The notes below the pieces were generated by a model. That model was not told the DNA's origin. It was given only the letters and a program-made list of their open reading frames with translations, and ran no database searches. From positions 1,320,001-1,352,000 of the forward strand of contig NC_017080.1 of the NCBI RefSeq assembly GCF_000284115.1: DNA of 32,000 nucleotides. The letters run 5' to 3'. Below are positions 1 through 9,721 of the stretch, piece after piece. The position numbers were made by a program, and so were the translations under genes. This DNA comes from Phycisphaera mikurensis NBRC 102666 (GTDB lineage: Bacteria; Planctomycetota; Phycisphaerae; Phycisphaerales; Phycisphaeraceae). Within the stretch, counting starts at the first letter, position 1, and each line of letters opens with the position of its first letter.

Positions 1-1
1 C

Positions 2-601
2 TTCCAGGCGGAGGTCAGCGTCATCGCGGCCCGTGACGCCCACGGCGGGACCGTCACCTGGGGGCCGATCGCCAACAGCCACCGCAACCACATCCTCGAC
101 GTGTCGGCCGTTCCCGCGGGCCTCGGGGACGCGTTGGAGGCCGAGGCGGTGGCCGTCGCCGAGCAGGTCGTCGCGGCTTTCGAGCTGGTGGGGGTGCTCT
201 GCGTCGAGTGCTTCGTGACGCGGTCGGACGCGTCCGGCCCGCGGATCCTCGTCAACGAGATCGCGCCACGGCCGCACAACAGCGGGCACCTGACGATCGA
301 GGCCTACGAGCTCTCTCAGTTCGCGGCGCAGGCGCTGTGCCTCGGCGGCGGGCGGCTGCCGTCGTCGCCGGGCTTGCGGCGGCCTGCGGCGATGGCGAAC
401 CTGCTCGGAGACGTCTGGGGGAAGGGCGGGGAGCCGCCGCGGTGGGACGCGATCGCGGGCCGGGAGGGGGTGACGGTGCACCGCTACGGCAAGGCGGTGG
501 CGCGGCCGGGGCGGAAGATGGGGCACGTGACGGCGCTGGCGGGGACCGCGCACGAGGCGGTCCGCAACGCCGTGGAGGCGCGAGCCGCCCTGCGGGCGTA
601 G
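2..601 (+). CDS. purK: 5-(carboxyamino)imidazole ribonucleotide synthase, C-terminal part (5' end outside the window)
   Basis: Open frame from base 2 (FQAEVSVIAARDAHGG...); ATP-grasp/PurK motif VNEIAPRPHNSGHLTIEAYELSQFAAQAL; stop at 601. Confidence 0.9.
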   Translation, partial: FQAEVSVIAARDAHGGTVTWGPIANSHRNHILDVSAVPAGLGDALEAEAVAVAEQVVAAFELVGVLCVECFVTRSDASGPRILVNEIAPRPHNSGHLTIEAYELSQFAAQALCLGGGRLPSSPGLRRPAAMANLLGDVWGKGGEPPRWDAIAGREGVTVHRYGKAVARPGRKMGHVTALAGTAHEAVRNAVEARAALRA

Positions 602-650
602 CCCGGCGCGGTGCCCGACGCCCCGCGGGACACCCGCGGCGGCGCCGGGA

Positions 651-1229
651 TCAGGCGAGCCGCCCCAGCACGGCGTCGCGGATGGCCTCGGGCTCGGCCA
701 TGCGGCCGGCGCCGCCGGTGCGGCAGGCTTGCCAGCCGGATTCGGGGCCGACGGTGGAGAGGTCCGGCAGCAGGTCGCGCAGCGCCGCGAGGTTCCGCCG
801 GACGACGGGGTTGGCCCACATGTCGGCGTTCATCGCGGGGGCGAGGACCAGCGGCCGGCCGGCGGGCAGGGCGGTGACGGCGAGGGCCACCGGGTCGTCG
901 CAGAACCCCGCCGCGAGCCGCGCGAGCAGATTCGCCGAGCACGGGGCGACGACCGCGGCGTCCGCCCAGCGGGCGAGGCCGACGTGCGGCGAGCTCGGCT
1001 CGTCGTAGGCATCCCAGAGCGAGGTGGCGACGGCGGCGCCGGAGAGCGACCGCAGCGTGAGCGGCCCGAGGAAGCGCGTCGCCGAAGCGGTCATCGCGCA
1101 GCGGACCTCGCAGCCCGCCTGGACCAGGCGGGAGACGAGCGTGGCGGACTTGTACGCCGCGATGCCCCCGGAGACGCCGACCAGCACGCGGCGGGGCCGC
1201 CCCGCGGCCTCGCCGGCCGCCTCAGGCAT
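651..1229 (-). CDS. Flavoprotein, phosphopantothenoylcysteine decarboxylase (CoaC/Dfp N-terminal) type
   Basis: VLVGVSGGIAAYKSATLVSRLVQAG...MTASATRF, PCSANLLARLAAGFCDD, LAPAMNADMWANP: HFCD/Dfp flavoprotein motifs; no CoaB domain in the ORF. Confidence 0.85.
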   Translation of the reverse strand: MPEAAGEAAGRPRRVLVGVSGGIAAYKSATLVSRLVQAGCEVRCAMTASATRFLGPLTLRSLSGAAVATSLWDAYDEPSSPHVGLARWADAAVVAPCSANLLARLAAGFCDDPVALAVTALPAGRPLVLAPAMNADMWANPVVRRNLAALRDLLPDLSTVGPESGWQACRTGGAGRMAEPEAIRDAVLGRLA

Positions 1230-1467
1230 CCGCCGTCGCGGCCTCTTCGGGCGCCGGCTCGAGCTGGTCGTCGCCCTCCTGGGCGATGGTGATCTTGCCC
1301 TCGATGATCTCGGCGACGGCGATCTCGAAGTCGCTGCGGCCGTTGCGCTCGACCAGCGGCCGGGCGCCCTCCATCAGTTCCCGCACCCGGTGCTGGACCA
1401 GCGCCGTGAATTTGAAGCGTCCGCCCATGGCGTTGATGACGGTGTCGTCTTTGAGTTCTTCGATCAT
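1222..1467 (-). CDS. rpoZ: DNA-directed RNA polymerase omega subunit
   Basis: 81-aa product MIEELKDDTVINAMGGRFKFTALVQHRVRELMEGARPLVE...EIIEGKI; start taken at the internal ATG (complement 1465-1467) rather than the 186-aa ORF start. Confidence 0.8.
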   Translation of the reverse strand: MIEELKDDTVINAMGGRFKFTALVQHRVRELMEGARPLVERNGRSDFEIAVAEIIEGKITIAQEGDDQLEPAPEEAATADA

Positions 1468-1835
1468 CGGGGGTGATCCGGTCGGATGCGGGTCCAGGTG
1501 CGGGGTGGGGGTGGCGGATGTCGGGCCTCGACGCGCAGCAGGCCGCCGGCCGCGCGCGGTCCGGAGTCTAGCGGACCGGCGCTGGAGGGGCGCGCCCGCG
1601 GCTGCGGGCCGCGGCCGCGGGCCGGTCTGGGCCGTTCTGGGGCCGGACGCCCTCTCCCGCGACGCGGCGGCCTCCCCCGCGCCGTCTCCGGGCGGTTCGC
1701 GAGGCCGGTTCTTGCGCCGCCTCCGCGACACCTCGCCTCGCCCGGCGTAGAGCGGGCGGCGACGCGATGAACCGACCCCCAACCCGTTCCCGTAAGCTCG
1801 GCCGCCGCCCCTTGCCCCTCCCCCGGGACCTCCCC

Positions 1836-3968
1836 ATGACCGCCGCCGCCTCCGGACCCGCCTTCACCTCGCCGCCCGATCCGCCGGTGAACCTGCCGCC
1901 GGTGACGGAGCGGTCGGAGGCGGCGGCGGACGAGCAGAAGGGCGTCGACAACCTCATCAAAGCGGCGATGGCCGGGTCGGTGGTGCTGCTGGTGGCGATC
2001 ATCGCCGACTTCGTGTGGGCGAACGAGGACTACGCCGACTACCTCGCCATGCTCGCGGCTCTGCTGCTGGGCGGGCCGATCGTCTGGGGGGCGGCCCGGG
2101 CGTTGTGGACCGGGCGGTGCAGCCACGATCACCCCGAGGGCCACGGCCACGGCGAGGGCTGCGACCACGGGGCCGCGCACGCCGAGCCCGAGGGCGGCAG
2201 CCACATGGAGGAGCTGGTCGCGCTGGCGATCCTCGCCAGCTTCGCCCTCGGCGAGTACATGGAGTGCGCCCTGGTGGCCTTCTTCATGCTCATCGCCTCG
2301 CTGATCGAGCACCGGACGGCCGTCGGGGCGCTGCGCGACATCGAGAGCCTCGTGCGCATCACCCCCACGCGGGCGGTGCGGCTGGCCGCCGGGCAGGACG
2401 GGCAGGCCGGTCGCGAGGAGGAGGTCGCCGCGGCGCAGCTCCGAGCGGGCGACGTCGTCGTCGTCCGCCCCGGCGACAACGTCCCGGCCGACGGGATCAT
2501 CCGCTCGGGCGAGTCCTCCATCAACCAGGCGAACATCACCGGCGAGTCGCTCCCGGTCGAGAAGCAGCCCGGCGACACCGCGTACGCGGGCACGATCAAC
2601 CAGACCGGCCGGCTGGAGATCGAGGTGACCAAGGCCGGCGAAGACTCCACGCTGGGCAAGGTGAAGAACCTGATCCTGCAGGCGAGCCAGACGCGGCCGG
2701 CGGTCGTCCGCGAGCTCAGCAAGTACACGGCGTACTACACGCCGGTCGTCCTGATGCTCGCGGCGATCCTCTTCGTGCTCACCGAGAACCCCGAGGCGGC
2801 GATCAGCCTCCTGCTGGTCGCCTGCCCGTGCGCGCTCATCCTCTGCGGGCCCACCGCGGTCGTCGCGTCGCTGTCGGCGGCCTCGCGCCTGGGCATCTAC
2901 GTGAAGAGCGTGGCCGACCTGGAGGTCGTCCGCCGCACCACCGCCTTCGTCATGGACAAGACCGGCACGCTGACCACCGGCGAGCTGGCCGTCACGAAGA
3001 TGCGGCCCGCCGAGGGGGTCGACCCCGCCGAGCTGCTGCGCCTCGCGGCGACCGCCGAGAAGGACTCGCGCCACCCGGTCGCCAGGGCCGTGGTGGCCAT
3101 GGCGGAGAAGGCCTCGGTGGAGCCCGCGGGCGTCACACGCTTCGCGGAGGAGGCCGGGCGCGGCGTGAGCGTCAGCCTCCAGGAGGGCGGCGAGGTGCTC
3201 GTCGGCCGCGAGGCCTTCCTCAACGACGCCGGCGTCGACGCCTCCGGGCTGGACATGGCCGGCAGCGACGGCCTCTCGCTCCTCTACGTCGCCCGGGACG
3301 GGCAGGCCGTCGGCTGGGTCGGCATGGCCGACGGGCTCCGGCCCGGTGCGGCGGAGGCCATCGAGGACCTCGACGCCGAGGGCGTGAAGCAGCGGGTGAT
3401 GATCACCGGCGACCGGCGCAGCTCCGCCGAGCGGGTGGCGTCGCAGCTGGCCCTGACCGGCTTCTCCGCCGAGGCGCTGCCCGGCGACAAGCTGACGCTG
3501 GTCGAGCAGCTCAAGGCCGCCGGCCACACCGTCGCGGTCATCGGCGACGGCGTGAACGACGGCCCGGCCCTCGCGGCCGGCCACGTGTCGATCGCGATGG
3601 GCGCCGCCGGCTCGGACGTCGCCGTCGACGCCGCGACGATCGCGCTCATGAACAACGAGCTCAACCGGCTGCCCTTCCTCGTCCGCCTGTCGCGGAAGAC
3701 CGTGAACGTGATCCGCCAGAACCTCGTCTTCACCGGCGTGTACATCGTCTTCATGCTCGTGCTGCTGGGCTTGGGCTACCTCACCCCGCTGTGGGCCGCC
3801 ATCGGCCACGGCGTCTCCTCGATCGTGGTCATCTTCAACTCCGCCCGGCTCGTCCGCGAGGGGGAGGGCATGGAGGTCGCGACGCCGGGGCGGCTGGAGG
3901 AGGAGGCGCCGAGGAAGCGCGTGGTGACCGAGCGGGTGGCGCCCGCCGGTGCGGCGTTGCCCGCGTGA
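1836..3968 (+). CDS. Heavy-metal-translocating P-type ATPase (CPx/P1B type)
   Basis: CPC motif in LLVACPCALILCGPTAV, phosphorylation motif DKTGTLT, hinge GDGVNDGPALA, TGES. Start taken at ATG 1836 (MTAAASGPAF). Confidence 0.92.
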   Translation: MTAAASGPAFTSPPDPPVNLPPVTERSEAAADEQKGVDNLIKAAMAGSVVLLVAIIADFVWANEDYADYLAMLAALLLGGPIVWGAARALWTGRCSHDHPEGHGHGEGCDHGAAHAEPEGGSHMEELVALAILASFALGEYMECALVAFFMLIASLIEHRTAVGALRDIESLVRITPTRAVRLAAGQDGQAGREEEVAAAQLRAGDVVVVRPGDNVPADGIIRSGESSINQANITGESLPVEKQPGDTAYAGTINQTGRLEIEVTKAGEDSTLGKVKNLILQASQTRPAVVRELSKYTAYYTPVVLMLAAILFVLTENPEAAISLLLVACPCALILCGPTAVVASLSAASRLGIYVKSVADLEVVRRTTAFVMDKTGTLTTGELAVTKMRPAEGVDPAELLRLAATAEKDSRHPVARAVVAMAEKASVEPAGVTRFAEEAGRGVSVSLQEGGEVLVGREAFLNDAGVDASGLDMAGSDGLSLLYVARDGQAVGWVGMADGLRPGAAEAIEDLDAEGVKQRVMITGDRRSSAERVASQLALTGFSAEALPGDKLTLVEQLKAAGHTVAVIGDGVNDGPALAAGHVSIAMGAAGSDVAVDAATIALMNNELNRLPFLVRLSRKTVNVIRQNLVFTGVYIVFMLVLLGLGYLTPLWAAIGHGVSSIVVIFNSARLVREGEGMEVATPGRLEEEAPRKRVVTERVAPAGAALPA

Positions 3969-4303
3969 AGCCGCCGGAGCGCTGCCGGGGGCGGCAAGAA
4001 GGTCGGCCGCCTCCGCTGTCGCGAGCGGGCCCGGAGCGAAGCCGTGGAGCCGGATCCACGGGGCGCGGCGCCTCTCGCCGCGTCTCGCGAGGCCTGGGAG
4101 GTCGAGCCGCCCCGAGGCACCGGGCTCCAACCCGCGGCGCTTCCACCTTGGAGACGCCCCGGAGCATCGGCCCCGCCGCGGCGACACGTCGGGCGGGGAT
4201 CCGCGGACCGTCGAGGAATCGGGCTCGTTTCGCGTCCGGTCCGCGGCCCCGCGCGAGCCGGTAGGTTCTGCGCGGATCACCGCACCCTCCGGAACCCTCG
4301 CCC

Positions 4304-4810
4304 ATGCCCGCTTTCGGCCTGCTCTCGGACTCCCACGGCCGCGCGACGACGACGGAGCGGGCGGTGCAGGTGCTCGTCGACGCGGGGGCGGACACGTTGC
4401 TGCACCTCGGCGACGTGGGCACGGTCGAGGTGATCGACGCGCTGGTGGCCGAGGGCGAGGACGGCGAGGAACTGCCCGCGCACGTCGTCTTCGGCAACAC
4501 CGACTGGGACGAGGGGGCGCTCGCCCGCTACGCCGAGGATCTTGGCGTGGTGGTGGACCACCCCGAGGGCGTGATCCAGCTGCCCGGCGGCGGCGAGCTG
4601 CGCTTCCAGCACGGGCACGAGGCGCCGCGCATGGGAGCCGCCATGGGCGGCGGGGCCCGCTACCTCTGCCACGGGCACAGCCACGCCCAGCGGGACGAGC
4701 GGGTGGGCTCGACGCGCGTGGTGAACCCCGGGGCGCTGTTCCGGGCCAGCGTCTACTCGGTGGCGGTGCTGGACACCGACGCCGACACGGTCCGGTTCCT
4801 CGAGGTTTGA
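4304..4810 (+). CDS. YfcE/MJ0936-type metallophosphoesterase
   Basis: LLSDSHG, LHLGDVG, VFGNTDWD, CHGHSHAQ, VNPGALF: calcineurin-like phosphodiesterase motifs. Confidence 0.85.
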   Translation: MPAFGLLSDSHGRATTTERAVQVLVDAGADTLLHLGDVGTVEVIDALVAEGEDGEELPAHVVFGNTDWDEGALARYAEDLGVVVDHPEGVIQLPGGGELRFQHGHEAPRMGAAMGGGARYLCHGHSHAQRDERVGSTRVVNPGALFRASVYSVAVLDTDADTVRFLEV

Positions 4811-4877
4811 TCGAGCCACGGGGCCGCGCCACGCCCGGCGTCGCGAGGATCCGCGGCGGCGGGCGTATCGTCGCCCG

Positions 4878-5570
4878 ATGAGCGGCTTGCCGATGATGCT
4901 GAGCCTCGCGGGCGTGCCGGTGCTCGTGGTCGGCGGCGGGGCGGTGGGCACCCGCCGGGCGGGCCGGATGGCCGCGGCGGGGGCGGCCGTCCGGGTGGTC
5001 GATCCGTCCGCGGGAGGCCTCCCGGGCGCGGCGGGGGTGGAGCTTGTGCCGCGCGGCTTCGAGGCGGCGGACCTCGATGGGGTGCGGATCGTCGTGGTGG
5101 CGACGGCGGACGCGGCGGTGAACGAAGCGGTCGCCGCGGCGGTGGCGACGCGGCCCGAGCCGAGGCCTTGGCTGAACCGTGCCGACGAAGCGGCCGCGGG
5201 CGACCTGGGCTTCATGGCGGCCAACGCGGTCGGGCCGATGACCGTGGCGGTCGACTCGGGCGGCGCCTCGGCGGGCGAAGCCAGAAAGCTGGCGGGGGAG
5301 CTCGCGGCATCGGTCGACCCGGACCGCGGCGAGCTGCTCGGGGCCGTGGCCCGCGTGCGGCCGCTGGTCCGGGGCCTGGTGGAGGACCCGGCCAAGCGGC
5401 GGGAGCTGCTGGCGGCGATGACCTCGCCGGAGGCGCTGGCGCGGCTCAAGGAGGAGGGTCCGGCGGCGCTGGACGCGTGGCTCGGCGGCCTGGTGGGGCG
5501 GGCGCGGACGCCCAGGAGGCTGGCGGTCGGGGTGAAGCCGGCGGCGTCGGACGCGGAGCGGGCCGGTTGA
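4878..5570 (+). CDS. Precorrin-2 dehydrogenase/sirohydrochlorin ferrochelatase-like protein (siroheme synthase N-terminal domain)
   Basis: VPVLVVGGGAVGTRRAGRMAAAGAAVRVVDP Rossmann motif; NRADEAAAGDLGFMAANAVGPMTVAVDSGGASAGEARKL; upstream of hemA. Confidence 0.78.
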   Translation: MSGLPMMLSLAGVPVLVVGGGAVGTRRAGRMAAAGAAVRVVDPSAGGLPGAAGVELVPRGFEAADLDGVRIVVVATADAAVNEAVAAAVATRPEPRPWLNRADEAAAGDLGFMAANAVGPMTVAVDSGGASAGEARKLAGELAASVDPDRGELLGAVARVRPLVRGLVEDPAKRRELLAAMTSPEALARLKEEGPAALDAWLGGLVGRARTPRRLAVGVKPAASDAERAG

Positions 5571-6478
5571 GCGGGGCCGCGACCTGGATCGCCGGCATCG
5601 CCTGCGTGGTGGCGGCCTGGGCCACCGGCGGCCTGGTGGTCGCGCTGCTCGGGCGGCGGCGGACCCGGGCCCAGGAGCGGCCGGCGCGGGTGACGGTGGC
5701 GCTCCGCTTCGCCGGCGTCGCCGGGCTGTGTGCCGCCGGCCTGGTGACGCGGGGCATCACCTCCTGGGGCGAGGCCGGCTGGCGGCCGCTGGAGAGCCAC
5801 GCCGACGGCCTGCTCCTGGTGGGCCTGCTGCTCGCGGCGGCCGCGACCTACCTGGTCGCGGGACCGCGGCTGGCGGTGCCGGGCACGCTGATCGGCGGCG
5901 TGCTCACGGCGACGCTGGCCTGGGCGGTGTGCGCGACGAGCTTCACCGACGGCCGCTTCCGCATGGACTCGCTCTCGCCGCTGTGGTTCACGCTGCACCT
6001 CGGCGGCGTCTACATCGGCACGGCGGCGGCGGCGGTCGCGGCCGGCGCGGGCGCGGCGTGGCTGATCGCGGAGCGCCGGCTGAAGCACCGCGGCGCGGGC
6101 TGGGTGGAGGGCCTGGGCCGCTTCGCCTCGCTGGAGCGGCTCGAGGCGCTCGTGCGTCACGCGGCGATTGCGGGCTTCGTCACGCTCTCGATCGGCCTCG
6201 CCGCGGGCCTGGTGATCTCGGCGAACCAGCCGGACCTTGTGGGCTCGTTCCTTTCGCCCAAGCTCCTGCTGTCGCTGGCCGCGTACGCGGCCTTCGTGGT
6301 GGCGGTGTTCTTCGGCACGGGGCTCGGCTTCCGGGTGGCGGGGGAGCCCCGCCGGGGGGCGTGGGGGTCGATCCTCGGCTTCGTGCTGCTGCTGGCGGTC
6401 TCGGCCGTGGCGACGGCCTGGCCCGGCGGCGGCATGGGCGGCACCGACGGCGTGCTCGCGGCGGAGGCTGCCCGATGA
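5567..6478 (+). CDS. HemX/CcsA-like cytochrome c assembly family membrane protein
   Basis: Multiple TM segments; LSPLWFTLHLGGVYIGTAAAAVAAGAGAAWLIAERRLKHR and C-terminal TM helices; putative TTG start overlapping the previous stop (TTGA), stop overlapping hemA start (ATGA). Confidence 0.7.
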   Translation: MSGAATWIAGIACVVAAWATGGLVVALLGRRRTRAQERPARVTVALRFAGVAGLCAAGLVTRGITSWGEAGWRPLESHADGLLLVGLLLAAAATYLVAGPRLAVPGTLIGGVLTATLAWAVCATSFTDGRFRMDSLSPLWFTLHLGGVYIGTAAAAVAAGAGAAWLIAERRLKHRGAGWVEGLGRFASLERLEALVRHAAIAGFVTLSIGLAAGLVISANQPDLVGSFLSPKLLLSLAAYAAFVVAVFFGTGLGFRVAGEPRRGAWGSILGFVLLLAVSAVATAWPGGGMGGTDGVLAAEAAR

Positions 6479-7827
6479 CCGAGATCGCCGCGTTGTCGAT
6501 GAGTCACCGCAACGCGGACCTGCCGCTGCGCGAGCGGGCGTCGGTGGACGCGGCGCGGGCGAGCCGGCTGCGGGCGGAGCTCGCCGCGGCGACCGGCGAG
6601 CTGGTCGTGCTGTCGACCTGCAACCGGACGGAGCTGTACGCCACCGGGTCGGTCGGCCCGTCGGCGCTGCGGGCCGCCTGGTCGCGGGCGTCGGGCGTGG
6701 CCGAGGCCGAGCTCGCCGGGGCCTCGTGCGAGCTGGCGGGCGGCGCGGCGGTGAGGCACCTCTTCCGCGTGGCGGCCGGGCTGGAGAGCCAGGTGGTCGG
6801 CGAGCCGGAGATTCTCGGGCAGGTGAAGCGGGCCTACGAGAACGGCCGGCTCGCCGCGGCGTCCGGGGCCTGCGGCGCCGGGCCGGTGATGCACCGCGTC
6901 TTCCAGCGGGCGCTGGCCGCGGCGAAGTCCGCGCGGAGCGAGTCGGGCCTCTCCCGCCGGGGCGGTTCGGTCGGCTCCGTCGCGGTGACGCTCGCCCGCA
7001 CGGTGTTCCAGGGCTTCGAGGGCAAGGAGGTGCTCTGCGTCGGGGCCGGTGCGATCGCCAAGGCGACGATGCGTCGCTTCCTCCGGCACCGGCCGGCGCG
7101 GGTCCGCCTGGTCAACCGCCGCGAGGACCGAGCCGGGGAGCTCGGGGCTCGGCTGGGCCTGCCGGATCCCGCGGCGGCGGCCTGGCCGCTGGAGCGGCTG
7201 GAGGAGGCGCTGATCGCGGCCGACGTCGCCGTCTTCGCCACGGCCGCGACCGAGCCCGTGCTCACCGAGGCGGCGCTGAAGCCGCTGCTGAAGCGTCGCC
7301 GCGGCCGCCCGCTGCTGATCCTCGACCTCGGCCTCCCGCGGGACGTCGAGCCGCCGGTGGGCAAGCTCCCGCGGGTCTACCTCTACAACGTCGACGACCT
7401 CCAGGAGGTCGTCGACCACGACCCCGAGCGGCGGGCGTCGATCCAGGCGTGTTCGCTGCGGGTCGAGGCCGCCGCCGCGGCCTGCGTCGCCGACCTGACG
7501 TCGCCCGATCCCGGCCCCGCGATCGGCCGGCTCCGGGCCCAGCTGCACGCCCTCGCCGGCGAGGAGGAGACCCGCACCCGGGCCCGGCTCACGACGCTGC
7601 TCGGCGACCGGGTCGACGCCGCCACGCGGGCGGAGGTGGAGGCGGTGCTCGGCGAGTTCCGCCACCGCCTCGTCAACAAGGTGCTGCACGGGCCGGTCTC
7701 CCGCGTCCGAGGGGAAGCGCCGGTGGGTGTCGGCGAGCTGGAGGCGTTGTTCGGCCTCGGCGAGCCGCCGCCGCCGGTGGCGGCACCCGCCGGGCCCGCC
7801 GTCGCCGCGCGCGGCGGGCTGGCGTGA
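6475..7827 (+). CDS. hemA: Glutamyl-tRNA reductase
   Basis: LSTCNRTELYA, ESQVVGEPEILGQVKRAYE, FQRALAAAKSAR, VLCVGAGAIAKATMRRF, LILDLGLPRDVEP, YNVDDLQEVV. ATG 6475. Confidence 0.95.
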   Translation: MTEIAALSMSHRNADLPLRERASVDAARASRLRAELAAATGELVVLSTCNRTELYATGSVGPSALRAAWSRASGVAEAELAGASCELAGGAAVRHLFRVAAGLESQVVGEPEILGQVKRAYENGRLAAASGACGAGPVMHRVFQRALAAAKSARSESGLSRRGGSVGSVAVTLARTVFQGFEGKEVLCVGAGAIAKATMRRFLRHRPARVRLVNRREDRAGELGARLGLPDPAAAAWPLERLEEALIAADVAVFATAATEPVLTEAALKPLLKRRRGRPLLILDLGLPRDVEPPVGKLPRVYLYNVDDLQEVVDHDPERRASIQACSLRVEAAAAACVADLTSPDPGPAIGRLRAQLHALAGEEETRTRARLTTLLGDRVDAATRAEVEAVLGEFRHRLVNKVLHGPVSRVRGEAPVGVGELEALFGLGEPPPPVAAPAGPAVAARGGLA

Positions 7828-7844
7828 GGCTCCGCCGCGGGGGC

Positions 7845-8351
7845 TCACCCGTCGGCGAACCCGAAGCCGCGCTGCCCCGGCGTCTGCGCCGGGGGCTGCG
7901 CTTCGCGGACGGCCTGCACCTCCTCGAAGAGATCGTCCACGTCGCGGAAGTTCATGTAGACGCTGGCGAATCGGATGTAGGCCACGGCGTCGAGCGCCTT
8001 GAGCCGCTGCGCGGTCAGGCGCCCGACCTCCAGCGAGTCCACCTCGCGGTCGCCCCGCTTGAACAGCGACTCCTCCACCGCCTCCGCGGCGGCGACCAGC
8101 GCGTCCGCGGGGACCGGTCGCTTGTAGCAGGCGGCCTGCAGCCCCGCGAGCACCTTCGCCCGGTTGAAGGGGACGCGTGTCCCGTCCTTCTTGACCACGG
8201 TGACCCGGGCCGTCGGCTCCACCCGCTCGTAGGTGGTGAAGCGCCGGTTGCACCGCTTGCACACCCGCCGCCGCCGCGTCGCGCCCGCGTCGTCGAGCTC
8301 GCGCGAGTCCACGACGCGGTCGTCGTTCTGGGCACAGAAGGGGCAGCGCAT
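7845..8351 (-). CDS. nrdR: Transcriptional repressor NrdR
   Basis: MRCPFCAQNDDRVVDSREL...RRRRVCKRCNRRFTTYERVE...VKKDGTRVPFNRAK; zinc ribbon plus ATP-cone. Start at complement 8349-8351. Confidence 0.95.
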   Translation of the reverse strand: MRCPFCAQNDDRVVDSRELDDAGATRRRRVCKRCNRRFTTYERVEPTARVTVVKKDGTRVPFNRAKVLAGLQAACYKRPVPADALVAAAEAVEESLFKRGDREVDSLEVGRLTAQRLKALDAVAYIRFASVYMNFRDVDDLFEEVQAVREAQPPAQTPGQRGFGFADG

Positions 8352-8720
8352 CGGGTTTGAAGGTACCCCCGCCTCCGGCGGGGGGCTCTTTTTGGAAGAG
8401 ACGCAGCGACGCTCGGAGGACGCGCGTGCGGAGAAGCTGCACGGGCCGCGAACATCGATGGCGGGGGGCTTCAGCGGGCTGGGTGAGCGAGGAAGCGAAG
8501 AAGTCAGGCAGCGCGTCGCCTCCGGCGACGAAGGCGCGCCCCGCAATCGCGTCCCGCTTCTCTATGTCTGACTTCGTCTCTCCCCCCGCCCCCGCCCGAC
8601 CCGCGACCCCGATCTTCGCGGTCCACGCAGCCCCTCCGCACGACACCGCCCCAAACGTCGCTTCCTTCCCCCCCCCTAGCTTCCCCACCCCGCAAGCCCC
8701 CTTCCTCCCCCAACAACCCC

Positions 8721-9593
8721 ATGCGTATCGCCTTCCTCGGGGACGTCGTCGGTGCTCCCGGCCGACGGGCCCTCCTCCAGTGCCTCCCCGACCTCCGCGG
8801 GCCGCGGCGTGTGGACGTGGTGCTCGCCAATGTCGAGAACACCGCGTCGGGCAGCGGGCTGCTGCCCGACCAGCACAAGCGCTTCGCCGAGGCGGGGGTC
8901 GACGGCATGACGCTGGGGGACCACGCGTTCCGCAAGAACAAGATCCGCTCCGCGCTCGAATCCGCCGACGACCTCATCCGCCCCTTCAACCTGCCCGGCA
9001 CCGCCTGGGGCCGGGGCGCGATGACCCTCCGCAAGCCCGGCCTGCCCGCGGTGCACGTGATCACGCTGATGGGGCGGCTGTTCATGAACGGGCCGCAGGC
9101 GGGCGATCCGTTCGCCGCGCTGGACGGCTGGCTGGAGCGGCTGCACGCGCAGCACCGCGACGGCCCGCCGCCGGTGATCGTCGTCGAGATCCACGCCGAG
9201 GCGACCAGCGAGAAGGTCGCGCTGGGCTGGCACGCCAACGGTCGCGTTGCGGCGGTCGTGGGCACGCACACCCACGTGCCCACCGCCGACGCCCGCGTGC
9301 TGCCGCGGCCCGGGCCCGACCCGACGATCCCCGGTGATGTCCGGCCCGGCGTCGGCGGCACCGCCTACGTCACCGACCTGGGCATGACCGGGCCCGACGA
9401 CTCGTGCCTGGGCCGCCGCGTCGACCGCGTGCTCTCGTTCATGACCCGGTGCGTCCCGAGCCCCTTCGACGTCGCCGAGGGGAACCCGCACGCGCACGGC
9501 GTCCTCATCGACGTCGACGAGACCACCGGCCTGGCCACCGCGATCGAGCGCTACGACGTGGCGGCCGACGTCGGGGCGGCGCCCTTCGTCTAA
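8721..9593 (+). CDS. TIGR00282/YmdB-type metallophosphoesterase
   Basis: MRIAFLGDVVGAPGRRAL, ANVENTASGSGL, GVDGMTLGDHAFRKNKI, VVEIHAEATSEKVALGWHANGRVAAVVGTHTHVPTADARVLP. Confidence 0.9.
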   Translation: MRIAFLGDVVGAPGRRALLQCLPDLRGPRRVDVVLANVENTASGSGLLPDQHKRFAEAGVDGMTLGDHAFRKNKIRSALESADDLIRPFNLPGTAWGRGAMTLRKPGLPAVHVITLMGRLFMNGPQAGDPFAALDGWLERLHAQHRDGPPPVIVVEIHAEATSEKVALGWHANGRVAAVVGTHTHVPTADARVLPRPGPDPTIPGDVRPGVGGTAYVTDLGMTGPDDSCLGRRVDRVLSFMTRCVPSPFDVAEGNPHAHGVLIDVDETTGLATAIERYDVAADVGAAPFV

Positions 9594-9721
9594 GCCGCGG
9601 ACCGCGCCGCTTTCTGCGCCGACGGGGCGACGGTCCGCGGCCGGTTCGGCGGCCGGGTGGACCGGCCGCGCGGCCACCGCGCCCGCGGCCGGCCTCGCGC
9701 CCAAGCTCCTGCGTGTACCCA

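Noticed and set aside
4042-4061. Hairpin CCGTGGA-GCCGGA-TCCACGG between the ATPase and phosphoesterase genes, considered as an intrinsic terminator
   Set aside because: It is a clean 7-bp stem but has no T-run after it, and terminator activity cannot be judged from sequence alone; not reported as a feature.
1464-4832. 1122-aa minus-strand ORF opposite the metal ATPase, and similar 600-1100 aa shadow ORFs (4277-6160, 6157-8688, 12329-15394, 18383-21643)
   Set aside because: They lie antisense to genes with clear family motifs and have Arg/Gly/His-rich shadow composition; typical spurious ORFs in high-GC DNA.
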